The translations under genes and the position numbers were made by a program. From the human T2T-CHM13v2.0 reference genome, Homo sapiens: a DNA stretch of 64,000 bases. Positions within the stretch are counted from its first letter, which is position 1; every line of letters begins with the position of its first letter. Shown here piece by piece: positions 27,471 through 45,048 of the stretch. The stretch lies in the NCBI RefSeq assembly GCF_009914755.1, contig NC_060933.1. The stretch is one strand, 5' to 3'. The notes beneath the pieces were generated by a model. The model was not told where the DNA came from. It did not search any database and saw only the letters and a list, made by a program, of their open reading frames with translations.

Positions 27471-27720
27471 CTAGGGTTAAGGTTGGTGTTAGGGTTAGGG
27501 GTTAGGGGTTAAGTTTAGGGTTAGAGGTTGGAGATAGGGATTGGGGTCAGAGTTAGGGGTTAGGAGTCAACGTTTAGAGTTAGGGTTTAAGAGATGTTAG
27601 GGGTTAGGGATTAGGGGTTAGGGTTGGGTTAGGGTGAGGGTTGGGGTTAGGGATAGTGGTTAGGGTTTGTGTCAGGGGTTAGGGGTCAGGGTCAGTGGTT
27701 AGGGGTCAGGGTCAGGGGTC
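27471..27720 (+). repeat. Degenerate interstitial telomeric array
   Basis: TTAGGG, TTAGGGG, TCAGGG and TTGGGG variants, all on the + strand. Confidence 0.97.
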
Positions 27721-31685
<3,965 letters not shown>

Positions 31686-31689
31686 AGGC

Positions 31690-32520
31690 CCCACCACTGG
31701 GGCCGTTACACGTGACATGGGATGTGGGCCATCAGGCAAAGGGCGTGGAGATGCGGCGCTGCCAGGGGAGCCAAGGAGGAAAGAGAGCGCTTTCCAAATT
31801 GTCTTCCAGGGTTTCAATGTGCATTTTATTAACTCAGAATCTGTCGGGAATAATACTAGGGAGCTACCTTTCCCTGGAGATGGGTCTTGTCAGTGGAGTG
31901 AGATAGGCTGGGGGGAGGAAGAGGAATGGGAGGCTCAGTTTATAAATATTAAGATCAGCAAGGGTGTGCTGCTGGCAGGAGCAGAGGGAGCCTGGAGATT
32001 TGGGTGGCTGCCGTTGGTAAGTGGTTGCAATCCAGAGAGTGGGATTGAGTTCCTCCCTTGTCATGTTAGCATCCCGTTTCCTGGGCGCGGGTCTAATGCC
32101 CTGCAGGTGGTCATTTCACTCATGGTGGCTTTGTCTCTCTTCTGCCATCTCCAGACTCAGCTTTGCACTCCAGGGCTGCGTACCACCAGCCACTGTCATG
32201 TTAACCCCTTCCCAGGCCAATGTGTCCTTGGCCTGGAGCCCAATCTGCTGGACAGCCTGGGACCGTCCATTTTCGGGGTGGTGGGCAACCTGGTGTCCAT
32301 CGTGGTGCTGTGCAAGTCGCGCAAGGAGCAGAAGGAGACCACCTTCTACACAGTTATGCGGCTGGCTGCCACCGACCTGTTGTTCACTTTGCCGGTGAGC
32401 CAGGTGACCATCGCCATGTACATGAAGGGCGGGTAACCTGGGGGCCAGCTGCTGTGTGAGTACAGCATCTTCAGCCTGTTCTTCTTCAGTCAGTCCGGCC
32501 TCAGCATCGTCTGTGCCATG
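31690..32520 (+). pseudogene. PTGER4P: Unprocessed PTGER4 fragment (intron plus first part of the coding exon, TM1-TM3)
   Basis: IFGVVGNLVSIVVLCKSRKEQKETTFYT matches EP4. Acceptor at 32153-32154, ATG at 32198, indels, TAA at 32434. Homology stops at SIVCAM (32520). The upstream boundary is approximate. Confidence 0.93.
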
Positions 32521-32829
32521 ATATCTATACAGGTAATTTGTGTTAGACATTCTTAGAAGAGTTTCAAAAGTTTTATGTTTTTATCTGGGTTATAAACAGA
32601 GTCCTCAAATGCATACAAAGGAAATCATGCCATGATTGAGTTTCAGCAGGAATAAGTTTATTTTACCTATTCAAAATTAAAATACTTTTGTGTTTGAAAA
32701 TCTGTTTTAAAGATATGTTTTTGAAAAAAGTTTAAGTAAATATTTAATCACGTCCCCTTTTCTATCCCAAGAAATAATTTCATATATAGTTTATTTAAAT
32801 TTTTTAACAAAAATGTAGCATAATTTTTT

Positions 32830-33045
32830 TAAATTGTATATTTTATTTAACCCAATATATATCCAAAATATTGGGTCAATATGTAATCAATATAAAAATT
32901 ATTAGAGATAGTTTGCATTCTTTTTTCATATGAAATCTTTGAAATCCATTGTGTATTTTACATTTTAGGATGTCTCAACTCAAATGTGAAATTTTCATGG
33001 AGAATATTTGAACTGTATTTAGATTAATACAAATTGCAGTTAAAA
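32830..33045 (+). mobile_element. hAT-Charlie DNA transposon remnant (MER33/Charlie1-like)
   Basis: TATTTTATTTAACCCAATATATATCCAAAATATT...TGTAATCAATATAAAAATTATT resembles the recalled consensus. Confidence 0.6.
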
Positions 33046-33060
33046 CGTTTAATATAGATT

Positions 33061-33970
33061 TACCAGGGGGCGTGCAGCCCGCTTGCCAATCAGATCGCTG
33101 CTGAGCGGTCCCGCAGCCAACCCCGGAAGAGCAGCCTGCTGGCTTCCCCAGCGCCCAGGAGTTGGGGATGTCCTACAAACCTACCACCCCTGCCCCCAGC
33201 AGCACCCCCGGCTTCAGCACCCCTGGGCCAGGCACTCCGGTCCCTACAGGAAGCGTCCCGTCGCCGTCGGGCTCAGGGCCGGGAGCCACTGCCCCTTGCA
33301 GACCGCTGTTTAAAGACTTCGGACCACCTACGGTCGGTTGTGTGCAGGCCATGAAACCACCTGGTGCCCAGGGCTCCCAGAGCACCTACACGGAACTGCT
33401 GTTGGTCACAGGGGAGATGGGCAAAGGGATCCGGCCCACCTATGCTGGCAGCAAGAGCGCCGCGGAGCGCCTGAAGAGAGGTATCATCCATCCCTAGTCA
33501 GAGTGCCTGGTAGAGACAGAGCGGAACGCCCACACTTAACAGGAAGCTCCTAGGCCTCTGTGTCTGGACTTCAGAGCACCTGCTTCTCCCTGGCCTTCAT
33601 CCCTAGTTGCACTAACCATCCTGGGCTTCCTGTCCTGTGTCCCTTGATGGGTGCCCTCCAGGAACCAAGGGACGGTTCTCACTGCAGGTGGCAGCACTAA
33701 GGACCCCCCTCCCCACCCCACCCCGCCAACGCAACAAGAGTTAGCAGCGAGGTCCCCGTGAGTCCCACCCATGACCTGCAGACAGTGTTGCCCACTGGAA
33801 CTTTCTGTGGCCCCCACCACTCAGCCCTTCCCAGCACTTGTCCAGAGCCTCTTTCTCCCTCAGCACAGCTCAGGCCTCAGGCCTGACACTTCCCTGCCTT
33901 GTGTCTTTTGCTAAATATGACCTTTCTATATTAATAAAAGATGCTTTGGAGTTGTGCTCTCTAAAAAAAA
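33061..33970 (+). pseudogene. CDK2AP2P: Processed CDK2AP2 (DOC-1R) pseudogene
   Basis: Intronless MSYKP...[17 protein letters not shown] from ATG 33168. A deletion causes a stop at 33497. AATAAA at 33933, poly(A) at 33963-33970, candidate TSD GTTTAATATA at 33047 and 33971. Confidence 0.96.
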
Positions 33971-34109
33971 GTTTAATATAAAGGAGAAATAAAAGGAAAT
34001 TTAGCAAAGAAATATGTAGATGAATATTTAAATACTCAGAGGTGACATTACTACCAGACATAATGAGATTATCAGATGTTTCATTTACTTATGATTAATA
34101 TGTTTGTAT

Positions 34110-34418
34110 TTATTTTTTATTCATTTTATTTTATTTATGTATTTATTTATTTTTATTATACTTTAAGTTCTAGGGTACATGTGCACAACGTGCAGGTTTG
34201 TTACATCTGTATACATGTGCTGTGTTGGTTTGCTGCACCCATTAACTTGTCATTTACATTAGGTATTTCTCCTAATGCTCTCCCTCCCCCAGCCCCCCAC
34301 CCCATGACAGGCCCCAGTGTGTGATGTTCCCCTGCCTGTGTCCAAGTATTCTCATTGTTTAATTTCCACCTATGAGTGAGAATATGCAGTGTTTGGTTTT
34401 CTGACCTTGCGATAGTTT
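34110..34418 (-). mobile_element. L1PA 3' end
   Basis: TTATTATACTTTAAGTTCTAGGGTACATGTGCACAACGTGCAGG. Confidence 0.93.
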
Positions 34419-36231
34419 AAACAAACTAGGAAGTTCAGAAGTCACTTTACAAGAGAAATAAAGAAAAATAAAGTATTAATGACATTGGTAACAGAATAAA
34501 AATTAGAGTTAGACAAAGTATTAGCAAGCAAGCTTATATATTTATAAGAGATGGGAAAATATTAGAAAGGAATAAATCATGTCTTGTCAACATGAAGAAA
34601 AAGTGTATTTTTTTGTTAACTTATTATTGTGTTTCCTTGTATAATTTTCACTTGGTTTTGTTGGTTTTACTACTTGCTTCATTCTTTCAAAAACTACATC
34701 TTCATAGACCATTTCAGCTTTTGCTATGTGGGCAGAATTATAAAACCCAATTTCAAAATTTCAACTGAACGTTGTCAGCATTTTTCTTTGGGCTTTTTAT
34801 TGAAAAAAAAAACCTAAGTAATTGTGTGTGTGTGTATTTTAGTATTACCATGAATGTAATAACAATAAAGTCAAACAAAAACAAATGGATATGCAATATG
34901 TTGGACTAGCATCTCAAATATGAAAAAGGCATTGCCAACAGTGATATAATTTTTTTTCATAACGGTAAGCTTTTTAAAGTATAATCTTATTTTAACCTAA
35001 AATCTTACTATCAGAAAATGCAGTGTACATTAAAATGTTCTGAAATGCTTTATTCACATTTATTAAATGGTTGTACTCAGATATCTACAAATTGGTTTTT
35101 CACTTATGTAATTATCTTATAGAATGTTCAAAAGTCATGCAGAATGTGAGATAATTTTCTATTGAATATGATTGTTTTATCATTGCAAGACATCAAACAT
35201 CCCTGTTTCCTGCCAAATGAATGTACAATAGCAATAAATGTAAAGATGTGTTTTTTGGAAAAGACACATTTTTGAGTTATAAAACAAGGATTTTAAAACT
35301 TGAATTGTTACAGTGAGTATGTCTTAATATAGGCTACAGTCACTTTAGATAAAAAATTACCTCACATCTATTTTCAATATTACTTAAAGATGTTCATTTA
35401 GTGGCAAATATTTTTTTTTTTGCCTAGAGGCAGATATTTTGCCACATGGCTATTTATGAAACTGTATTTAAATGCATGTACACATATAAAAGCTGCCACT
35501 GTGGCTGTAAACTATTACAAGTTATCAAGATTAAAAAATAAACAAAAAATATTTCAGTTTTTCTATGAAATGTCTTTACTCGAGTCCAAATTTAGAGGTT
35601 TAAAATGCTTCAAATTAATAAAACCAAGTGTTTCACATATTTCAGTTGGAGTGGCGTTTGTCCTAGTTTTATTAGTGAAGCAGCAGACTGCATTTTTTCA
35701 CTCTCATACACCTTCAAAAGATGGACAGAAAAATTTGATAAAACTTCTAGGGCATTATCTGATGAAACCCATTAAACACTAAAGGAGATATACAACTTCA
35801 TTGCTTGTAAAAGACATATAAGAAGGAAACCTACATACATATATCTATCAGTTTTGTATTTTCAGGAAATATTTGCCTTAAAGTGAGCTTCATAACAGTA
35901 TGTGTTCTCCAACAAAGCCAAGGAAAGTAAGTTTGACACAAGGATCTGGAAGTCTACCTGTGTGGCATAATTACATTGAATACATTCCACAAATAAGGCA
36001 GAAATGTATAGTAGAGTGTCCATTATAGAGGAACACTCAATAAATATTTAATAAAGTGCTTAAATTTCTCATTATTGACCTGAACAATGAGTATACTTAT
36101 TACGTTTGCCAGTGACAGATATTAAAAGTGGAGATTGAAGGAAAAATGATGTATAGAAGAGAGATTTTACCTTCAAAGTGACATAAATAATTTGAAGAAA
36201 TTGAGGGAAGTGACTTGCTTAAATATCCATA

Positions 36232-36480
36232 CAGTAAATATTTATTGTGTGCTTACTGTGTGCACTGGGAATTAAGCAGTGAAAAAAATACAAAGGAAAA
36301 CATCAACAACGTCTCTTCTATCATGGAGCTTACATTCTACCAGTAAGAGAAAGACCATCAACAAATACATATGTAGTATAACATGACTATGAATGGTATG
36401 GAGAAAAATAAGAACAGTAAGGGGGATGTGGGGGCCTGGGGATTTATTTTATATAAGGATAGACAACAAAGGCCTCATTA
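36232..36480 (+). mobile_element. L2 remnant
   Basis: CAGTAAATATTTATTGTGTGCTTACTGTGTGC...ATGGAGCTTACATTCTA. Strand uncertain. Confidence 0.55.
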
Positions 36481-36544
36481 CTAAGTAATTTTATGCAATC
36501 CTTTTTTCAATTTATTTATTTGTTGATTCCATAATACTTATTTA

Positions 36545-36860
36545 TGTATTTATGTATTTTTAATTTATTTTTTATTTTTAGAATCAGGGTCTCACTCTGT
36601 CACCCAGGCTGAAGTGCAGGGGTGTGATCATAGTTCACTGTAACCTTACTCCTGGGCTCAATTGATCCTCCCATCTCAGCCTCCCAAGTGTCTTGGTCTA
36701 CAGGCACCTACCACCATGCTTGGCTAATTAAAAAAAAAAAATTAGAGATGGGGTTGTGCTATGTTGCCCAGGCAGGTGTCAAAATCTTGGCCTCAAGCAA
36801 TGCTCCTGCTTTGGCCTGTCTAAGCATTGAGATTATAGGCATGGGCCACCGTGCCTGGCC
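36545..36860 (-). mobile_element. AluJ
   Basis: Diverged antisense dimeric Alu. Confidence 0.9.
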
Positions 36861-37272
36861 CTGTAATATGTATTTAGCATATACACTGTGATAGGCACAA
36901 GAAAGTCTCTGATAGTTCAGTAAAAAACTGCAATGATGTTTGCAACAGGTAATTAAGTTTGGCCACGATTCTTTTGAGTGTCATAACACTGTCCTAAGAA
37001 AAAGTCTATATTTCCACTTTACTGGGTGTGTGAAACTCAAACTCAAGGTTAAAAAGCTCTGATTTTTGGTTGAAATCATAATCCAACTAAAAGCCAGAAA
37101 TGTGGAGCCATTTTTTTTATTTTAAGTGAATCATAAGCAGTCTTGTATTTAAGACAGATAAAATTATTGTACAGTATTATGTTTTCTGTACTTAAAATGA
37201 GAGAAAACCACGAGGGTTGTTAATGTTTGAAAAAAGAAGGCATCTATGAGGAAGCTTTATATTGGTAGAAAG

Positions 37273-37757
37273 TGTGAAAGGAAAATAAAATCTCAGGACC
37301 CCAAACTCACTATGACAAAGGAAAATTAAGCTTGGAACCTGAGTCATGCAAAAACTGCCATCCTTTTGTTCCCAAACAGCTGTAATTTCATATGCTTACT
37401 TTAACTTACGTAAAATGTAGATTTCCTGAGAGAGAGGATGAATGCACAACTGACTCCTTCCTCCTGTTTTTGCCACATGTAACATATAGATTCACTGAGC
37501 ACTAATCAGAGCCTCACAAGAATGTAGCCATTAGCTTTCTTGCCTTCCCTCTCTCCTTCTTTCCCTCCCCTGTTTTAATTTCCTGCCTGCTTCCTCTTTC
37601 TCCTTTAAATATTGAAGTTCCCAAAACCCTCTTTAGAAAAAGCACAGGACATCACCTACTTGTGACTTGTGATCCTTTTTCCCAGGTGTATCCTCCACCT
37701 TGCAAAGCAAAATCTCTAAATCACTTGAGATCTGCCTCATTCACTTATTGGTTTACA
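37273..37757 (+). mobile_element. Solo MER4-group ERV1 LTR
   Basis: TGTGAAAGGAAAATAAAATCTCAGGACCCCAAACTCAC...TTTACA, with TG...CA ends and a 4-bp TSD AAAG on both sides. Confidence 0.88.
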
Positions 37758-38217
37758 AAAGGAAGTTGGAAAAAACCACTCTTCTTGCAATGCACAAATG
37801 ACTGTTTTATAGTAACTTTATTGCCTATGCAATCAATCACATATTTGATATAATTATAGTATCAGATGATAAATGTAGATGTAAAAAATCTATCTGTAAA
37901 AGTGACTTTTCTTATTTCCCCTCTCTCCTTTTCTCCCCTACTGTGCTTTGAATTCTTTATTTTCATATTCACTTTGCTGGCTTCGGATCATTTCCAAACC
38001 TACTCTAATGGTAGCATGATAGCATCCAGTGAGTTTGTTGTTGTTGCTGTTGTGATAGGACCATAGACTTTCACATCTAGTTGTGATATCACATGCTCAC
38101 ATTGTCTAACTACTTCATTTTACAGTTGAAGAAATTGAGACACAAGGTAAGGTGACCTGCCCAGTTCCAATCTAGTTATATAATAAAAGAATGGCTAATA
38201 TTTAATAAATAATATGA

Positions 38218-38670
<453 letters not shown>

Positions 38671-40870
38671 GTAAGGCACTATTTTTATCTCTATTTAAAA
38701 ATGTAGAAACTGAGCCAAAGAGAGGATATGGTATTTGCCTGGGATCATAGGATTAGTAAATGTCTGAGTTGGTATTTAAAGGCAGGCTTCCAGATTTCAT
38801 AGCCCATCCACAATCGCATGCCACTCAAGTCTTCTGGCTCCGACTTCTCTGCAATTTACACAGCCCTACACTGCCTTCCTCCTAAACTCTCCAACCTCCT
38901 ACTTTTTCAGCTCTAAACTTTGATTCCCTAAACACAGCAGTCAGGGACAGGTGGAAGATTGTTGTGAAAAGAACAGGCAGCAGCATTACGGTTTAGCCTG
39001 TTTTTATATCCATTTTATTCTACAGATTAGTGTACTTTTCTCAATTATGCATACTTTTCCATTCTGCCAAAAATTTATTTTAAGGCTGTTAAAGCTGTAG
39101 TCAATTTTCTCACTTTGATCTTCCAAAGGAACCTGCTGTATCTTTTTCATTCTGTGCAAAATAGGCATTTTAGGATCCACTCAATGCTAAAGTCACTGAG
39201 TAGCTACAGACTTGCTATTTGTTTCTCCATTGTTATATTTTCATAGTTTTAGAATCTGAGCAGCATTTAATTTGTCTATGCTTCATATTTTCCTTTAGAG
39301 AAAGAACACAGTGATACTTGCTCATAGTGTTAGAGGAATAATCCCAAAGAGAGAAATTATTCTTTGAATATCCACCATGACTGAATACTTAGTAATACTG
39401 AAACCTACTTATAAAACAAAACAGAAAACCTCCAAAAAACCAAATAAACAACAAAAAAACTTAAAACCAAAAAAGTACTGGAAGTCTCAGAAGTATTTAG
39501 CAGTTTTTCTTGCTCCTTCAAATGAAAAGATGCTTTATCGTATCCTCTATGGAGAGAATTCTGACAGTATTTATCAAAGACCTTACATTTATTCACCTTT
39601 TGCCCTAAAAATTTCATAACTTAAAAATACATACAACAATTTATAATATAGCATTTTTTGTAAAGGGAAATAATCAGAAAGAGCCTAAGTGTTCAACAAT
39701 AGGGCACTTGTTGAATTATGATACAATCACACAATAAGGTCTTCATAGAGCCCATTAAAATGATGTTATTGATATTTATTTATTAATAGGAGAAATCATT
39801 TAGAATTTTTGGTTAAGACCTTTAACTAAGCACAAAGTCTATGAAATAATGTACACAACATTCCATATTTTCATAAGGGGAATGACTTTTAAAACTACCC
39901 TGCAATCATCTCATTTTACACAAATGTCTAGGCAGGTTTGTTACCCGGGTATATTGTGCCATGCTGAGGTTTGGGGTATGACTGATCTCATCATACAGAT
40001 ACGAAGCTTAGTACCCTGTAGTTTTTCAACCCTGGCTGCCCTCCCTACTGCCTCTACTAGTCTCCATTGTCTATTATAGTCATCTTTTCTTTTTTTGAAA
40101 AAAATCTGTTTTTCTGATTTTTTTATTAGGTAAAAAATGGAAAAACAAAATATAATTTTCATTCAATACATACTTCATCTTTATGCGTTATTTTTCGAGA
40201 AAGTGAAGTCCATTTAGAATGATAGCAGTTCATCAACCAAATAATTCATCTTCACACAGTTTCAATTACTTCAGAAATTTTCTTCATCTCTCTCTCTGTA
40301 GAAATTCTCAAACTGTGGAATGGTCATCCTTATCGTCATAAATACTGTCATCTTTATGTCCAAGAGTATCCAACATTTAGCTACCAAACTACTACCCAAA
40401 TCTGATTAATTGATCATGTTGATTCTGTCACATTCTACTTGTCATATCAGATTTTTATTAAAGAAATCATTAGCTTATCTATGATTGTTACTGGGGCTGT
40501 AAGAAAATTTTATAAGTCATTTGGATCAATCTTCTTCTTTATGGTCTTATTTGAGAATAAAACTTGGTTCTGTCTTAGCCTGTCATTGAATAAGCCAGTG
40601 ACCTGGGGCAAATCTAACTGCTTCATCTGTAAACTATGAATAATAATAGAGTCCCTCTGCCTGTCACACATGGGTATAGTAAGGTTCCATTTTAAAAATG
40701 GCTCTTATTATGTTACCTGAAAGGCATTCTATAATGATGAGTGGCAAGGTGGTCTTAGCAACAGTGCAGTGAAAATTGGGACCATTTTCTGTCGCTATCA
40801 TTTCTATTTTTGTGATACCCTCTTTTAATTAGTCTTAGGATGTAATTCAAAGGAGTGATGTAATTGGAAT

Positions 40871-41167
40871 TTTCTTCTTTTTTTTGAGACAGAGTTTCCC
40901 TCTGTCGCCCAGGTTGGAGTGCAGTGGCGCAATCTGGGCGCACCGCAAGCTCCGCCTCCTGGGTTCACGCCATTCTCCTGCCTCAGCCTTGTGAGTAGCT
41001 GAGACTACAGGCGCCCGCCACCGCACCTGGCTAATTTTTTGTATGTTTGGTTGAGACGGGGTTTCACCATGTTACCCAGGATGGCCTCGATCTCCTGACC
41101 TCATGATCCGCCCAGCTCGGCCTCCCAAAGTGCTGGGATTACAGGCGTGAACCACCGCGCCCGGCCC
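40871..41167 (-). mobile_element. AluY-like
   Basis: GCAAGCTCCGCCTCCTGGGTTCACGCCATTCTCC; TSD TAATTGGAA. Confidence 0.95.
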
Positions 41168-42031
41168 ATAATTGGAAATGTTTGTACTGTTAGATCTAAG
41201 AGTATTTTATGTGGTATAATAAAAGATTAATTTAGTGAACCTCATTAGATAATTAGCTTGGAATATATTATGCACTGCCATGCAGGGGCCTAAGAGAATG
41301 GTCCACACGTCTTGCGAAGTTGATATGAAGACAGGCAACAAGACAGTCTAGCTGAGTAAAAGTCTGTAGACATCTCTAGGGAGGAGTGGTTAGAGAATGC
41401 CCTGACGGTGGATAGCTGGCATATTTTACCCCAGAAAGAAGAGCACAGAGTGGCAGAGAGTACTTGAGATTTAAATAAGAAAAGAGGATGAAAAAATTAC
41501 TTTCACTAATTATAAATTTTCTCAAGAATGGACTTATTCTCTATTTTCTATTGCCTCTTGAGAAATCATTATTTTGCATTCAGTCAACATAATTATTAAG
41601 ACTAATTGTGGAGGGTGTTCAAAATGGAAAAACAGCGGTCCCTAGGATTATATTTTATTTATGAATGATCACTCATTTGTAACTTTTCCTTCAGTTAGAT
41701 GTTTTTTAATGCAAAAATACCTTTTAAGCACCAGTACAATTTGTGAAACGAAATGTGAAATTGAGGCATATATGTAATTTTATGTGTAAAATATTCCCTT
41801 TTTTTCTGTTAATGAAGTATGTTTAACATGAGATATATCCTCTTAATAAATTTTTAACTGCTCAATAGAATCTTGTTAACTATAGGTGCTCTGTTGACAG
41901 CAGATCTCTAGAACTTATTCATCTGTTATAACTGAATTTTATACCCATTGAACAGCAACCCCAATTTCCCCTCCTTCCAGACCCTGGCAACCAATATTCT
42001 ACTCTATTTCTAGGAGTTTAACTATTTTAGA

Positions 42032-42950
42032 TATCTTACGTAAGTGGAATCAGGCAGTATTAAAACATACTTTCAATTAGTAATGACTATAATTCGGATA
42101 ATTTAAATAAGAGAAAGCAAACATCACTACTACTAGCTTTTGGGGGAAAATATTACAAATAGGGATATTGTGATAAAAGTGTACAATATTTTTTATATTT
42201 GTGCACTTAGATCCGTGTTCAAACTTTGCCACCTATACATGTATAGCACATTTGAATATGTGCTACAGTATGCCATTTATAAAGACTGAAAATAACATTT
42301 TATAAAATATTATTATTTATTTGGCAACCTCATGAGCTTTGGCTTCAAAAATACCTGATTTACAAAGCATAATCCTAGTGCTGGAGAACAGATCAGTGGC
42401 TGCCAAAGGTTAGGGTTGGTTGGAAGATGTGATTAGTGAGGGATAACATGAAAACATGTACTTTCTTTGTGGTGATAGAGCAGTTCTGCATCCAGATTAT
42501 GGTGATGGTTACATAAATCCGCACTTCATAGATCTATACACACACATCACACATACACTCACACACACCTACACAAGAGTACATGTAAAATCCTTAGAAA
42601 TATGAATAGGGTCTGAACCTAAGTTAATGGTATGGAAACAATGTCAATTTCCTGATTTTGGCAACATACTAGGTTAAGTTAGATATAATTATTGGGGAAA
42701 GTTGGCTGAAAATAACACGGTCATTCTTTTTACTATTTTTTAACTTCTTGTGAGTCAAATTATTTAAAAATAATTGGTATTAAACAAAGACAAAAAATCT
42801 AAAATTTCTAAAATCAAAGCCTTTATGAATTTGAACATATTATTTGATTTCTTTTGTAGACCTTGATTTCTTCACCTGTAAAAATGGAATGATAGTAGAA
42901 TTTCTATCTCATTATTGTCATGCTTAAACCATACCATTTATGTAAGTGCC
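42032..42950 (+). repeat. Left arm of a ~0.92-kb inverted duplication (contains L1M and MIR remnants)
   Basis: Reverse complement of 44112-45047 along its whole length. Confidence 0.93.
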
Positions 42951-44077
42951 CAGTACCGTGTCTGGTGAACAATAATGCTTAAACACTGAGTTCCCCACTT
43001 TTTTGTGGCTGTTGGTTTACAGGTGGTTTTTAAGTTCCTAAGTGGAACTTTGTTTAAAAAGAGGCAGTCAAAATAAACAGCAATGTCTCAGAGCATCATC
43101 TGAACAAGAAAGGAAGGTGTTCTCCATCCCTTGAAGTGGTCTCAGTCCTCTTTTATTGTTTAGCTCTCATGTGAGTCTTCACAAATAACCTCAAGAATTG
43201 CTACAACACCAACAGAGAATTAACTCTCATTGAGTTTTTAGCTCAGTAGATTCTGGGTCCTAAAATTTATGGACTCACCTGCTTTTTAAATCTTTCCCAT
43301 TTAGAAATATTCAATTTAAATCTTCCTTCAGTAAGTAATTGTTAACTATTAACAATCCTAACATTATAATAAAGTCAGAAGTAACATTTATTACTTTTGT
43401 TTTCCACTCATACTGTTTGCAGTCCATAAGCATACAGCATTTTGGTCTTTCCAAATATCTAAAGGAAGATAATCAAAATCAAAACTAAGAAATCCTACTC
43501 TGAAGTCATATCTCTCTAACTAGATTGTATATTTATTGAGGGTGATGACTATATTTTCTTTTCCAGAAGAATAAAACAAATACAAGGTTGGGACGAATTG
43601 AATTCAGTGGGGGATGGAGAGGGGAAGGAGTCAAGGTTCTTCATCCTTTTCCATGCTTTGATAACTTTATCTATGAGATCCTAGTTAAAAGAACATGACT
43701 ATCTAAAGAAGTAAGTGCTTGAAAGGCCCACTGTATTAGGAGATTGGGAATTGTTAGCTTGAAAAGACATAAATGGAAAGAAAACATAATACAGAGACAA
43801 AATACATGAAATTTGTATTGTGGTACACATGTGCTTTGTGATCATATTTCTGTGTCATAAACAAAAAAAAAAGTATAAAGCTTAACCAAGAGAAATTTAG
43901 GGCACATAGAAGCATTTACGTGTTTTCATACTATGAGCTGGGGCTAAGGTGTCCTTTACCATGACAGTTGGTGAAGCATAAGAACAAATCAATTCACAAA
44001 TGTTCTGGTAAATTCCAATTTCCACATCTTAAATCATAGACCTAAGTCAGTCAAAGTCAGTCATATATATAGATATA

Positions 44078-44109
<32 letters not shown>

Positions 44110-44111
44110 CA

Positions 44112-45047
44112 GGCACCTACTTAAGGGATATGATTTAAGCATGGCAATAATGAGATAGGAATCATACTATTATTCCATTTTTACAGGTGAAGAAATCAAG
44201 GTCTACAAAAGAAATCAAATAATATGTCCAAATTCATATGGGCTTTGATTTTTGAACTTTCAAATTTTTGTCTTTGCTTAATACCTTTTGTTTTAAAATA
44301 ATTTGACTCATAAGAAGTTAAAAAAAGAAGTAAAATGAATGACCATGCTATTTTCAGGCAACTTTCCCCAATGATTATATCTAACTTAACCTAGTACATT
44401 GCCAAAATCAGGAAATTGACATTGTTTCCATACCATTAACTTAGGTTCAGACCCTATTCATATTTCTAAGGATTTTACATGTACAGATGTGTTTGAATGT
44501 ATGTGTGATGTGTGTGTATAGATCTATGAAGTGTGGATTTATGTAACCATTACCATTATCTGGATGCAGAACTGCTCTATCACCACAAACAAAGTACACG
44601 TTTTCACGTTATCCCTCACTAATCACATCTTCCAGCCAACCCTAACCCTTGGCAGCTACTGTTCTGTTCTCCAGCACTGGGATTATGCTATGTAATTCAG
44701 GTATTTTTGAAACCAAGCTTATGAGGTTGCTAAATAAATAATAATGTTTATAAACTATTATTTTCAGCCTTTATAAATGGCATACTGTAGCACATATTCC
44801 AATGTGCTATGCATGTATAGGTGAGCCAAAGTTTGAACATGGATCTAAGTGCACAAACATAAAAAATATTGTATGCTTTTATCATAATATCTCTATTTGT
44901 AATCTTTTTCCCCAAATACTAGTAGTAGTGATGTTTGCTTTCTCTTATTTAAACTATCAGAATCTTTAAACTTTCTCTTATTTAAACTATAGTCATTACT
45001 AATTGAAAGTATGTTTGAATACTGCCTGATTCCACTTACACAAGATA
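44112..45047 (-). repeat. Right arm of the inverted duplication
   Basis: For example, AATACTGCCTGATTCCACTTAC (45018-45039) pairs with GTAAGTGGAATCAGGCAGTATT (42040-42061). Confidence 0.93.
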
Positions 45048-45048
45048 G

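Noticed and set aside
27471-27720. Head-to-head telomere fusion like 2q13
   Set aside because: No inverted CCCTAA array follows; the repeats join L1 directly.
31717-32436. Novel 239-aa protein
   Set aside because: It is a chance read-through of PTGER4 intron sequence into a damaged exon, ending at a premature stop before TM3.
40174-40496. Exact motif assignment for this exon-like block (FLQREMKKISEVIETV)
   Set aside because: It could be aligned to more than one part of dynein by eye. I kept it only as a splice-bounded block, not as motif evidence.
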